A program made the translations under genes and the position numbers. Below the pieces are notes generated by a model. That model did not search any database. It was given only the letters and a program-made list of their open reading frames with translations, and was not told the origin of the DNA. From Veleropilina oligotropha (taxonomy: Eukaryota): 64,000 nucleotides of DNA. This document shows positions 20,945-33,962 of this stretch, one piece after another. The stretch covers positions 1 to 64,000 of the forward strand of contig JBEUKZ010000011.1 in assembly GCA_048128005.1 (NCBI GenBank), given 5' to 3'. How positions within the stretch are numbered: the first letter of the stretch is position 1; each line of letters starts with the position of its first letter.

Positions 20945-21750
20945 ATAAATACCTTACATAGTTTGTTAGTGACCGAATACGGATTTTACCGGGGTCAGTT
21001 GAAATTTCATATTGGGCTCGGCTATCGCCTCGCCCAATATGAAATTTCCACTGACCCCGGTAAAATCCGTATTCGGTCGCTAACAAACTATGTAAGTTAT
21101 ATTATCTTGCCTTTGACGTTAATCCGTCGTTCTGATTGGATGACGTCAGTTACGTAAATACCCTTATACCCCGTCTGTTTGATGTTATTTTCAAACAGAC
21201 GGGGTATAAATAACTTATTACCCGTCTCCATGGAGATCGGAGAGGCTCGGCTCTTTCCGTAAAATCGATAACGCCGTCTGCTTCATTGCAATGTAAACAA
21301 AGCGATTAATATTCATGGCTGCGTCCGTATCAAGTGAAACCAAGTTGTCAACAATAATCAGATAGTGAGTTATTTAATAGATACGCAAATGATTATTATA
21401 TAAAGGCAAGATAAATTCGTTGTCGAATCTCCGTCTTGGTAGTATACGGTATGTTGTACACCTTTTGACGTTGAACTCCCTCGGCTATCGCCTCGGGGTT
21501 TAACGTCAGGCGGTGTACAACATACCGTATACTACCGCGACGTCGTTCGACAACTTATATTATCTTACTTTAGCTCTTAATACTGCAATCTGATTGGTTA
21601 ACGTTCCTTCGACAATTACCGTATTCCCCACCCAGGCGGGTTATATGAATTATTTATACCTTGCGTAGTTGTGTGTACTATTGTGATTTGGAGCGCCCTC
21701 GAAAACAAGGGAGATAATTGTCTGCCAAAACATCAATACAAATGGCGTAG
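20945..21750 (+). mobile_element. Abutting array of hairpin-bearing non-autonomous (Crypton-like) elements
   Basis: Hairpins at ~20953-21096 and ~21419-21555 are both centred on TCGGCTATCGCCTCG. 13-bp inverted repeat TTATCTTGCCTTT (21102) / AAAGGCAAGATAA (21402). The third unit, from ~21560, matches 35174 onward. Confidence 0.6.
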
Positions 21751-21759
21751 TCCGGCACA

Positions 21760-21996
21760 CCGTGTGAGACGTCATCACTTTCGGTGCAGCACAAGCTATG
21801 ATGTTTTCAGGGGAGGCACATACGATTTGAAGTTTTAATGCATAGCATTGCAGCATTTGAGTATAACTAATGCACATTTCGGTCCCCTACGCCGCTGTTA
21901 ATGGCCGGCATGTGATTCTAAAAATAGGTGTTAATGGCCGGCATGTGATTCTAAAAATAGCTTGTGCTGCACCGAAAGTCATGACGTCTCACACGG
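21760..21996. mobile_element. MITE-like element with ~40-bp terminal inverted repeats
   Basis: CCGTGTGAGACGTCATCACTTTCGGTGCAGCACAAGCTAT ... ATAGCTTGTGCTGCACCGAAAGTCATGACGTCTCACACGG, with an internal ~33-bp duplication. Confidence 0.6.
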
Positions 21997-22007
21997 TCGT
22001 GCGACGC

Positions 22008-22092
22008 TAATCGGAAGTGCGCAGTGGACTGATGCGCATGATTCTACTTTACAACAGGACCGCAGAAATAAACAGATTGCTACTTCCGGCTT
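22008..22092 (+). promoter_or_regulatory. Putative MRPL17 promoter with ETS (CGGAAGT) and NRF1-like (TGCGCATG) motifs
   Basis: CGGAAGTG ~22012, TGCGCATG ~22033 and ACTTCCGG ~22082, just upstream of the ATG at 22135. Confidence 0.45.
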
Positions 22093-22134
22093 GAGAAGTC
22101 TGAATCTGAATGTGTGTATTTTTACCATAAAGAC

Positions 22135-25100
22135 ATGCTAAAATTTCCGTATAGACCCAGACCAAGACGGTTTCCGAAAGGTGACGGGCGGAGACCAGAT
22201 GGTCATGGAACAGGTCCCCTAGGACGAATAACAAAAATGAGAAAAGTTGTCACTGCCGTCGTCCGACACGAGAGGATAGAAATGTCCTACCCGCTCTGCG
22301 ACGAAGCACGTGGATATGTGGAGAGAGTACGTGCGATGCCTTTGATCAGTAGCGGTATTTCTATCGTCGAAATTGTCACACAGTGTATACATTGTTACTT
22401 GCTACGTTTTCACAAGTGATATTTCAGAGTGCATTATAAATACGGTGTATGCTCGTTGCAAAAATGCCAATACATAGGTTGCAGATGACGTCACGCAGTC
22501 CCATAATTCTGTGCGCGGCGCCATTGCTCAAGGAAAGGAATAACACGAGGGTCCGAGGGATATAAGATTACAGTATAAATCGATTAAATTATGTGAAAAT
22601 AAATGATAAAGATATAAATTCACGAAAGCGTTGTGACGGTACTTTCAATATATTAAATATATATTGTCGTTTGAGTTCGATTTGGTTTAGTTCATCCAAC
22701 AATAGCAGAGCCTTCGTCATTTAAATTAAGTAACTGGTCCAATTTTAGGCTATTAATTAAGCCTAGCCATAGCTAAAATTTCATTCGAATCTTACAATTA
22801 GCCTTATAAATACATTTTTTGTTCTTTATTCAAGTGTCAACGGTGGCAATAGTGTTGTACATCCATCGACTAGAAACAATATATCAGAGCGCTCATCAAA
22901 ATCTGAGATATTGACTTATAACATACGGGCGCCTACGGTATTATCACGTATAGTCCCTTTGATTGTGCGTCATGAATGCAAATATTATCCATTGTAAAGT
23001 GAAAATAATGTTCGCATTCCGAGTGTATTATGGTATTTAATGCAAAATTTATTTCGTATATGTCCTTGGCCTGTGCACATGGTCGTGATAGGGAACTAAA
23101 TCATAGGCGCATTCAGGGCTTTCATTAAGATTTCAAGTAGCAGGTTAAGGCTGCACACGTCCGATTTTAATCGCCGAGAATAATCGCTGTACCCCACACA
23201 CGTCCGATATTTACCGCACGTGTGCGCCGGCTTCCGATTAAAATCAGATTGAAGTGATCATACGGCAGTTAAAAGGGCCATTTTTAATAAAATAGCCATA
23301 TTATTTGTTAGTCTGTTTCACTGATTTTTCCCGCAGAACACTGCACACGCACCGATCCGATTTTTATCGCAAGTATCAAGCCAGCTTGATACCTTCTTGG
23401 AAAAGTCGTACGGTTAAAATCGCAGGAAAATGAGTCCGCACACGCACCGATTTTCACCCGCAAGCAGGTTCCGATAAAAACCGTACGGGAAAAATCGGAC
23501 GTGTGCGGTGGCCTTAAATGTCCGGGAGTAGGAGGCAATAGTCCTACTGACTGGGCAGGGGGGTTTTGAAATATTTTTTGAAATATAGATGGCCTTAGAA
23601 GCCATCTCCTGCAATCTGAGCGTAAAGTAGGGCATTAAATTTTTCATCAAATTGCCTCTTCAAACCATTATTTTTTTTCCACCCAAATACAGTATTTGAT
23701 CGGAATAATGCGAATAAAATAAACACATTTTAATTTCGATGGTCGTGGGTTTTGTGAGGCCGCTTCGGTAGCGCAGTGGGTAGAGTGTCCACTCTAAATT
23801 CACTGGCTTGTTTCCGCTGACGCGAACAGTAGTGGGATCGACCCCCGGCTGAGGCAGCACACATTTGTTCAAGTTATGAAGCACAGTTGTCCGTGACTGG
23901 CCGAAGAGGGCGGGTTTACCCGGCGACCGGGGTTTCCTCCCGCGATAACACGGACATGTCCTGCCTTGAACCTCGATGTTATAAATATACAGGACATTAA
24001 GCATAATTCCTCCTCGTGGGTTTTGTGAAGCTGCTCAGCATACTATCATATTTTGTAAACCACAAAAAACATCTATAATATGTGCCTATTATGGAAATCA
24101 TATGACTTTGAAGGTCATGTCATCAACATATATCCAAGAAGTTACGATCAAACTAGCGTCTTCTGATTTTCCTTTTGGAATTAATTAAAGACAAAATATT
24201 TTATTAACAAGACCCAAAAATATGGTAACTACCACTAATAAATCAAGTAAATATATAAAGCATGTTATCTAATACTTGAATCCCTCCTCCACGCTATTGC
24301 AGTCGCCTGACCGTTATACGGGCGGAGGCGTTAGAAAAGATACTGGCTGAGTTGGAGCTCAGTGGCATGATTTTCTGCTCGTCAAGTAGATAGCTTCCTA
24401 CTTGACAATAATATATATTGCCCATTTACAATAATAATTTCAATAAAAGTCATCATTTTATAATCATATATCGATCATATCTTCAAGAAATTTGTATCAA
24501 TCTGCTCGAACCGTGCGATAGAGGGTGATCAGTCATGCTACACAGTCACGAAAAGAGCGCATTTATGGGCAAGAGTCATTTAACAGACCCATAACTGGCT
24601 TTGTGTTTTCGTTCTGCGATATGCACATATCCTGATATGACCCTGAAAGGTCAGCTATAATGTGACATGAACCATCGATCCAAACCAAACACGTTGCATT
24701 TCATAATAACGTATATTTCAGTTGATTCAACTGGCTATTAAGAACGGCGATAAGGACAAAGAAACGATGGAGATGGCCGACTTCTGGCTGCTGGTAGGTC
24801 CCAGCCTGTTTATTGAATGTTGTTGCGAATAGGAAATTCGCCACATATTTCTTTTTATTATCGATACTTATTTTTTGAAAGTTTATGGAAATTATAACTG
24901 TTGAGTTTCAAGTATTCAATTTGGAACGTCTGTCTGTCCTAGATTTTGACCTGTTCCATTAAACACTTGTTACATTCTGCACATGTAAATAACTGTTGAG
25001 TTTCAAGTATTCAATTTGGAACGTCTGTCTGTCCTAGATTTTGACCTGTTCCATTAAACACTTGTTACATTCTGCACATGTAAATAACTGTTGAGTTTCA

Positions 25101-28100
25101 AGTATTCAATTTGGAACGTCTGTCTGTCCTAGATTTTGACCTGTTCCATTAAACACTTGTTACATTCTGCACATGTAAATAAATATGCCATCTTGGTGTT
25201 CTTTTTAGCTGAGTGGTTATCTTACTTGGCCAATATTACTATCAATTTGCTATTTTTAAATGTTAACATCTATTGTGGTTATTGTTTGGTTAAGAAATTA
25301 TATTTAAATTTCTTTACATATACGAATAATTTTGACAGTAACGTTATAAAGACATTGCTTGTTTATTTACTTCAGGAAAAAGACTTGGTGCATAAGCTGT
25401 TCAAAGTGCTCGCACCACGGTTCGAGGCATATTCTACGTGTTTCACCAAAATGTACAACCTGCCAACGATATTCCCCGGCGGCGGTAAACGGCTGGCAAT
25501 CCTGGAACTAAAAGGTAGCTCTACAACCATCACGGTATTAAATTTTGTTTTCAGTGGCTGTCTGTAGTGATGCTGTTCATTTGAAGCTGCTGGATGGCCA
25601 TGAATCAACAGCAGATGACAGAGTGATTAACGAGTTGGACTTAGAGATCATAACTTTTTTATTCGATCTTGCCCTCTAGTGTTCACCTAGAACATTAGTA
25701 AAACGTTAAGTGGGACACTAGGATGAAGGTTCACCTAGAACATTAGTAAAACGTTAAGTGGGACACTAGGATGAAGGTTCACCTAGAACATTAGTAAAGC
25801 GTTAAGTGGGACACTAGGATGAAGGTTCACCTAGAACATTAGTAAAGCGTTAAGTGGGACACTAGGATGAAGGTTCACCTAGAACATTAGTAAAGCGTTA
25901 AGTGGGACACTAGGATGAAGGTTCACCTAGAACATCAGTAAAACGTTAAGTGGGACACTAGGATTAAGGTTCACCTAGAACATTAGTAAAGCATTAAGTG
26001 GGACACTAGGATGAAGGTTCACCTAGAACATTAGTAAAGCGTTAAGTGGGACACTAGGATGAAGGTTCACCTAGAACATCAGTAAAACGTTAAGTGGGAC
26101 ACTAGGATTAAGGTTCACCTAGAACATTAGTAAAGCGTTAAGTGGGACACTAGGATGAAGGTTCACCTAGAACATTAGTAAAACGTTAAGTGGGACACTA
26201 GGATTAAGGTTCACCTAGAACATTAGTAAAGCGTTAAGTGGGACACTAGGATGAAGGTTCACCTAGAACATCAGTAAAACGTTAAGTGGGACACGAGGAT
26301 GAAGGTTCACCTAGAACATTAGTAAAGCGTTAAGTGGGACACTAGGATGAAGGTTCACCTAGAACATTAGTAAAGCGTTAAGTGGGACACTAGGATGAAG
26401 GTTCACCTAGAACATCAGTAAAACGTTAAGTGGGACACGAGGATGAAGGTTCAATTCCATCAACTAATCGAAAGGTTAATACTATTAATAGAAGAAAAGT
26501 GTAAATACATTTACCGCCAAACAGGGATGTATTGGATTTGATCGATGATTAAAATCCTGAAAATTTACGATCTTCAGTTAAGAACTTGTCCATATTATCG
26601 GTTGGCCGAAGAAACTTGCCCTTTCCGGCCAGATATGGACAACTGTGATTGATAACTGAACAAAGAAATCCATTGCAACAACCGAAATCTGACACGTGTC
26701 AATCAGAGGAGTCGAGCCAGTGATTTCAGAGTCGGCACCGAAGACCACACGGCTACCAGAGCGGCCTTTGGAGGGACTGTAAACACGACTGAAAGTATAT
26801 GATCGTAAAACTATTAAAACTGATTTAAGTCAAATCAAGTTGTCGGGCGACAGAAATTACCATGTTATTATTGCATTTCTCAGTATTTCTGTCTCTCTTT
26901 TAAATTTTCACTGTAAAGCATTATTGTATTATATTAAGTATCACCACTTATAATAAACGCAGACTTCTATTCTTGATATAGAATATATATATATTTATTT
27001 ATATAAAATAGTTGGATTAAAATTTATCCATGAAGCAGAAAAATCGAAATATTCCATTGTTCCAGGCAATTTCCCAAACAAAGATAATAACTTAACAAGA
27101 GAATAACTTAACAAAGAGAATAACTTAACAAAGAGAAAAACTTAACAAAGAGAAAAACTTAACAAGAGAAAAACTTAACAAGAGAATAACTTAACAAGAG
27201 AATAACTTAGCAAGAGAATAACTTAACAAAGAGAATAACTTAACAAAGAGAATAACTAAACAAAGAGAATAACTTAACAAGAGAATAACTTAACAAAGAG
27301 AATAACTTAACAAGAGAATAACTTAACAAGAGAATAACTTAACAAAGAGAATAACTTAACAAGAGAATAACTTAACAAAGAGAATAACTTAACAAGAGAA
27401 TAACTTAACAAAGAGAATAACTTAACAAAGAGAAAAACTTAACAAAGAGAAAAACTTAACAAGAGAATAACTTAACAAAGAGAAAAACTTAACAAGAGAA
27501 TAACTTAACAAAGAGAATAACTTAACAAGAGAATAACTTAACAAAGAGAATAACTTAACAAGAGAATAACTTAACAAAGAGAATAACTTAACAAGAGAAT
27601 AACTTAACAAAGAGAATAACTTAACAAAGAGAATAACTTAACAAGAGAATAACTTAACAAAGAGAATAACTTAACAAGAGAATAACTTAACAAAGAGAAT
27701 AACTTAACAAAGAGAATAACTTAACAAAGAGAATAACTTAACAAAGAGAATAACTTAACAAGAGAATAACTTAACAAGAGAATAACTTAACAAGAGAATA
27801 ACTTAACAAAGAGAATAACTTAACAAGAGAATAACTTAACAAAGAGAAAAACTTAACAAGAGAATAACTTAACAAAGAGAATAACTTAACAAGAGAATAA
27901 CTTAACAAAGAGAATAACTTAACAAAGAGAATAACTTAACAAAGAGAATAACTTAACAAAGAGAATAACTTAACAAAGAGAATAACTTAACAAAGAGAAT
28001 AACTTAACAAAGAGAATAATGTAACAAAGAGAATAACTTAACAAAGAGAATAAATTAACAAAGAATAACTTAACAAGAGAATAACTTAACAAAGAGAATA

Positions 28101-30654
28101 ACTTAACAAGAGAATAACTTAACAAAGAGAAAAACTTAACAAGAGAATAACTTAACAAAGAGAATAACTTAACAAAGAGAATAACTTAACAAGAGAATAA
28201 CTTAACAAGATAATAACTTAACAAGAGAATAACTTAACAAGAGAATAACTTAACAAAGAGAATAACTTAACAAGAGAATAACTTAACAAGATAATAACTT
28301 AACAAGAGAATAACTTAACAAGAGAATAACTTAACAAAGAGAATAACTTAACAAAGACAATAACTTAACAAGAGAATAACTTAACAAAGAGAATAACTTA
28401 ACAAAGACAATAACTTAACAAGAGAATAACTTAACAAAGAGAATAACTTAACAAAGAGAAAAACTTAACAAGAGAAAAACTTAACAAGAGAATAACTTAA
28501 CAAGAGAATAACTTAACAAGAGAATAACTTAACAAGAGAATAACTTAACAAGAGAATAACTTAACAAGAGAATAACTTAACAAGAGAATAACTCAACAAA
28601 GAGAATAACTTAACAAAGAGAATAACTTAACAAAGAGAAAAACTTAACAAGAGAAAAACTTAACAAGAGAATAACTTAACAAGAGAATAACTTAACAAGA
28701 GAATAACTTAACAAGAGAATAACTTAACAAGAGAATAACTTAACAAGAGAATAACTTAACAAGAGAATAACTTAACAAGAGAATAACTTAACAAAGAGAA
28801 TAACTTAACAAAGAGAATAACTTAACTAGAGAATAACTTAACAAAGCGAATAACTTAACAAGAGAATAACTTAACAAGAGAATAACTTAACAAGATAATA
28901 ACTTAACAAGAGAATAACTTAACAAGAGAATAACTTAACAAGAGAATAACTTAACAAGAGAATAACTTAACAAGAGAATAACTTAACAAGAGAATAACTT
29001 AACAAGAGAATAACTTAACAAGAGAATAACTTAACAAGAGAATAACTTAACAAGAGAATAACTTAACAAAGAGAATAACTTAACAAGAGAATAACTTAAC
29101 AAGAGAATAACTTAACAAGAGAATAACTTAACAAGAGAATAACTTAACAAGAGAATAACTTAACAAGAGAATAACTTAACAAGAGAATAACTTAACAAGA
29201 GAATAACTTAACAAGGGAATAACTTAACAAGAGAATAACTTAACAAGAGAATAACTTAACAAGAGAATAACTTAACAAGAGAATAACTTAACAAAGAGAA
29301 TAACTTAACAAGAGAATAACTTAACAAGAGAATAACTTAACAAGAGAATAACTTAACAAAGAGAATAACTTAACAAGATAATAACTTAACAAGAGAATAA
29401 CTTAACAAGAGAATAACTTAACAAGAGAATAACTTAACAAGGGAATAACTTAACAAGAGAATAACTTAACAAGAGAATAACTTAACAAGAGAATAACTTA
29501 ACAAAGAGAATAACTTAACAAGAGAATAACTTAACAAGAGAATAACTTAACAAGAGAATAACTTAACAAGAGAATAACTTAACAAGGGAATAACTTAACA
29601 AGAGAATAACTTAACAAAGAGAATAACTTAACAAGAGAATAACTTAACAAAGGATGTGACGAGTGTGACTCCTTTCAATGGCGGATCTCACTGTTACATA
29701 TATATAATCAATCACCTTATGATTGTGATATCATGAACTATTCCATGTCTTTACGGGTTACAACTGTGATACGTGTATCAACATAACGCCTCTTGCTCTC
29801 TATCGACAGTCCAGTGGTATCGGTTGTGGACTCCGAAAATCCCGGACTTGATTCCGCTGATGCGAACAGTAGTGGGTTCAATCAAACCTAGGCAGTTGCA
29901 GCACACAATTGTTCAAATTATGAATCACAGTTGTCCGTAACTGGTCGGAGAGGGCGGTTTACCTGGGCGACCGAGCTTTCCTCCCGCGATAATACGGACA
30001 TGTCTTGCTTTGAACCAAATGATGGTTGGAAATATACAGGACATTAAGCATCGATCCTTTCCTTTCGGTTGAGGCTTTATGACTGATATCGCTTGAAGTG
30101 GCAGTGTAGTTAATGCATGTTACATGTGAAAATGTATGCAGACCGGTCGGTAGATAATAATTCTGTGCCATGCAGCTTGAAAAAAGAAGGAAGAGTTCAA
30201 TTTTAATTCTAATGTTACCTCTGTTCTATTTTTAGGCAATCCTTGGCCACTTGTCATAACTAAAGTGAGGGAGACGAAGTATGCACTCACTAACATGTTG
30301 ATGGATGCAGCGCGCTATGAACACTATCAAAATAATAAGAAATATGAGGATCAAAGTCTAACTGCCAATGAACAATCTGGTGAAACGACAATGTTCCTCG
30401 AGAGCAATACAGCTCAAGGTGACGATACTGCCTCTCAATCTCATGTCACACAAAGTGACGCCACAACGCACAGGTCGTCTAGCACTGATGACACACCAGG
30501 TCACACTACAGTACACACCGCCAGTGACATCGTCACACCAGATACTACTGAACTGCTTGCCACAGAAAACAAATGTGAAGAAATTGAATTTGCCAATAAA
30601 TTAGAAAATCTTACACTCTCCAAAGAGTTAAACCCCAGTGGGACTCCGGTGTAG
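22135..30654 (+). CDS. MRPL17: Mitochondrial ribosomal protein L17 (bL17m); exons 22135-22326, 24722-24793, 25376-25514, 30236-30654; ~273 aa
   Basis: GPLGRITKMRKVVTAVVRHERIE..DEARGYVER|LIQLAIKNGD..MEMADFWLL|EKDLVHKLFKVLAPRF..LAILELK|GNPWP..LTNMLMDAAR. All introns are GT-AG with consistent phases. Confidence 0.93.
23149..23514. mobile_element. MITE with inverted termini in MRPL17 intron 1
   Basis: TTAA-GGC..GCACACGTCCGATTTT ... AAAATCGGACGTGTGC..GCC-TTAA, with internal GCACACG(T/C) repeats. Confidence 0.55.
23757..24014 (+). mobile_element. Full-length tRNA-derived SINE with ~15-bp TSD
   Basis: A-box GTAGCGCAGTGGGTAG, B-box GGATCGACCCC, V-domain-like GGGTTTACCCGG..GGTTTCCTCCC, (CCT)n tail; TSD TCGTGGGTTTTGTGA. 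Confidence 0.85.
24896..25180. repeat. 95-bp tandem repeat x3
   Basis: AACTGTTGAGTTTCAAG... begins at 24896, 24991 and 25086. Confidence 0.9.
25681..26452. repeat. 48-bp minisatellite, ~16 copies
   Basis: GTTCACCTAGAACATTAGTAAA(A/G)CGTTAAGTGGGACACTAGGATGAAG. Confidence 0.95.
27076..29651. repeat. 16/17-bp minisatellite, ~2.6 kb
   Basis: AACAA(A)GAGAATAACTT repeated. Confidence 0.97.
29805..30065 (+). mobile_element. Diverged copy of the SINE family at 23757
   Basis: Shared GCGAACAGTAGTGGG, CACAGTTGTCCG and TTTCCTCCCGCGATAA blocks. Confidence 0.75.
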
Positions 30655-30698
30655 ACGCAATTCATGTGTGAACAATGTGGACTGGATTTGATATTGGC

Positions 30699-31060
30699 GT
30701 CATATCGGCCTGGTTCAGCTTGAGAACTCCTGACATGCTCCATGTCCTTGTCATATCGGCCTGGTTCAGCTTGAGAACTCCTGACATGCTCCATGTCCTT
30801 GTCATATCGGCTTGGTTCAGCACGAGAACTCCTGACATGCTCCTTGTCCTTGTCATATCGGCCTGGTTCAGCTTGAGAACTCCTGACATGCTCCATGTCC
30901 TTGTCATATCGGCCTGGTTCAGCGCGAGAACTCCTGACATGCTCCATGTCTTTGTCATATCGGCCTGGTTCAGCTTGAGAACTCCTGACATGCTCCATGT
31001 CCTTGTCATATCGGCCTGGTTCAGGTTGAGAACTCCTGACATGCTCCATGTCCTTGTCAT
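30699..31060. repeat. 51-bp tandem repeat x7 just after the MRPL17 stop
   Basis: GTCATATCGGCCTGGTTCAGCTTGAGAACTCCTGACATGCTCCATGTCCTT. Confidence 0.95.
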
Positions 31061-31522
31061 GAAGTGGTATTTCATCAACTCCATGGTGCTACTTGCTTTC
31101 TACTAGGACTTTGATGTACTGTGAAATGTTCTTACTATGATATGAAAATTATTCCTTAGCTGATCATGTGGAAACCGATGTACAAACAATCTCGTCAGTT
31201 GTGATAGTTTTGCATTCATTGAAGAATTCCTGGATTTCCACTCTCCTTGTCACAATCAGATCATGATTATAATGCAGAGACCTGATATGATGCAACTTGA
31301 CATGCATGCATATTGTTCCTGATAAATTTTATATTGCGTGCGTGTATTGATTATTATGTACAAGTTTGAGAAATAACTAACTGACAAGATGTTTACTTCA
31401 AGGATTTGTAAATTCTTCTGTACTGAACAGTGAATACATATATTCTTGATAGATAAGCGTGCAAAGGCTTGCATGATATGAGGCACGTGATTCTTATATT
31501 GATCTTCAAATCACAGATCTTT

Positions 31523-32563
31523 GTTCATGCAGGACCGCACCAGTAGTAGAGTGTACAAGTGCATGGGCTGGCTGCTCTGTCTAACATGAGTGTTAGAATC
31601 TGTCTTCATGCAGGACCGCACCAGTAGTAGAGTGTACAAGTGCATGGGCTGGCTGCTCTGTCTAACATGAGTGTTAGAATCTGTCTTCATGCAGGACCGC
31701 ACCAGTAGTAGAGTGTACAAGTGCATGGGCTGGCTGCTCTGTCTAACATGTGTGTTAGAATCTGTCTTGATGCAGGACCCACCAGTAGTCGAGTGTACAA
31801 GTGCATGGGCTGGCTGCTCTGTCTAACATACGTGTTACAATCTGTCTTCATGCAGGACCGCACCAGTAGTAGAGTGTACAAGTGCATGGGCTGGCTGCTC
31901 TGTCTAACATGAGTGTTAGAATCTGTCTTCATGCAGGACCGCACCAGTAGTAGAGTGTACAAGTGCATGGGCTGGCTGCTCTGTCTAACATGAGTGTTAT
32001 AATCTGTCTTCATGCAGGACCCACCAGTAGTAGAGTGTACAAGTGCATGGGCTGGCTGCTCTGTCTAACATACGTGTTACAATCTGTCTTCATGCAGGAC
32101 CGCACCAGTAGTAGAGTGTACAAGTGCATGGGCTGGCTGGTCTGTCTAACATGTGTGTTAGAATCTGTCTTGATGCAGGACCCACCAGTAGTCGAGTGTA
32201 CAAGTGCATGGGCTGGCTGCTCTGTCTAACATACGTGTTACAATCTGTCTTCATGCAGGACCGCACCAGTAGTCTAGTGTACAAGTGCATGGGCTGGCTG
32301 CTCTGTCTAACATGTGTGTTAGAATCTGTCTTCATGCAGGACCGCACCAGTAGTCGAGTGTACAAGTGCATGGGCTGGCTGCTCTGTCTAACATGAGTGT
32401 TAGAATCTGTCTTCATGCAGGACCGCACCAGTAGTCGAGTGTATAAGTGCATTTGCTGGCTGCTCTGTCTAACATGAGTGTTAGAATCTGTCTTCATGCA
32501 GGACCGCACCAGTAGTAGAGTGTACAAGTGCATGGGCTGGCTGCTCTGTCTAACATGAGTGTA
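31523..32563. repeat. 80/81-bp tandem repeat, ~13 copies (followed by a 41-bp x3 repeat to ~32680)
   Basis: TTCATGCAGGACCGCACCAGTAGTAGAGTGTACAAGTGCATGGGCTGGCTGCTCTGTCTAACAT... Confidence 0.95.
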
Positions 32564-32724
32564 CAACAGTCAGTTGTGCTGGCCGCTTATATCAGGTATT
32601 GTTAACAGTCACAGTTGTGCTGGCCGCTTATATCAGGTATTGTTAACAGTCACAGTTGTGCTGGCCGCTTATATCAGGTATGGAAATGTCCTGTTATCAA
32701 TCAGAAGGTTGTTATTATAGAAAC

Positions 32725-33962
32725 TAATTCCGTCCGTCCTTCCATCCATGCAAATTATCTTTCCACAGCATATCTCGTAATCCGCTCGACGTAACTTCAC
32801 GAAACTTGGTGAATGGATTAAGTAGCAGCTGAACTGGTGACTTTTGCTAAATTTGATGTTGTGCAATGATTAATATGTTGTAGGTGCTACCTAGAAACGA
32901 GCACTCGGATATGGCATATATATGTATATAATTATTAAAACTAATTACAAAGTTTTAAACTAATATTTAATTTTATTAACACATATTATTAATTCTTCCA
33001 ACTAGTTTTATTGACATAATTTTATTGGCTCTATTGCCTTTGTTTGTATTGATCGGTAAACTCCGCTCCGTGAATTTACCGAATCATTCTCTTGTTGCCA
33101 AGACGACACTCGACGAAGTCAGCGCAATGGTGCCAACGCTTATCCGAGATTTGACAACTTCAGCGGAATTCATTATTTATGACGGGCGTATGTCATAGGC
33201 TATGCACGTCTTGACAAATAAATAAAAAATACTCGGCATTCTAGATTACCCATAAATGAAATAGCTGTTGTTTTCGCCAAATCAATTCCAGAATACCTAT
33301 TTCCGTCCATATCGTAACAACGGTAAGCCTATTCGATTTTGTTGAGAATTCGTTACTTTCTTCACGTGTTACCTATAGAGCTCTCACTCCGTGCTCGCTA
33401 TTAACAGAGTTACTGCCCTGGTTTTAAATTCGTTATTACATTTTCCATGGCATATCTCGTACACCGCTTGGCATATTATTTATGAAACTAGCTGGGTATG
33501 TTAAGTAGTTGGTGAACTGGTGCCTTTTGCTAATTTCGACTCGGTGGGGCGATTATTCAGTGTTATTGCCCTTTTTGTAAATCGTGAATATTATCTTTTC
33601 CGTCCGTCCGTGCAAATGATCTTTTCCAGAGTAATCCGCTCGACGTAACGTCACGAAACTTGGTGAATGGATTAAGTAGCAGCTGAACTGGTGCCTTTTG
33701 CTAAATTTCGACATTGGGCAACGATTATTAACAGAGTTACTGCCCTTGTCTTATATTCGTTGGAGCGTATCTCATACACCGCTCGACATAACTTTACGAA
33801 ACTTGCTGTGTATGTTAAGTAGTTGGTGAACTGGTGCCTGTTGCTAATTTCGACGTTGTGCAGTGTATCAGAGTTATTGCCCTTGTTGTAATTCGTTAAT
33901 GTTATCTTTTCCGTATCATATCTCCTAATCCGCTCGACATAGCTTCACGAAACTTGGTGAAT
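32725..33962 (+). mobile_element. Modular dispersed repeat (HINE/MITE-like) with internal ~130-bp units; related copy inverted at 63340-63775
   Basis: Repeated GAAACTTGGTG..AAGTAG..GAACTGGTGCCTTTTGCTAA..CAGAGTTA(C/T)TGCCCTTG. Confidence 0.55.

Noticed and set aside
23757..23855. tRNA gene
   Set aside because: A tRNA-like head continues into a SINE body with tail and TSD, and there are multiple dispersed copies.
25681..26452. CRISPR-like array
   Set aside because: Contiguous 48-bp units with no unique spacers; eukaryotic intron; no cas genes. The same applies to the other minisatellites.
27061..27110. Alternative MRPL17 last exon (TTCCAG|GCAAT, GNFPNKDNNLTRE*)
   Set aside because: Runs straight into a satellite and stops; 30236 gives the conserved GNPWP..L.N.L motif.
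30501..32566. Repetitive-protein ORFs in several frames
   Set aside because: By-products of 51-bp and 81-bp tandem repeats (multiples of three); no other coding evidence.
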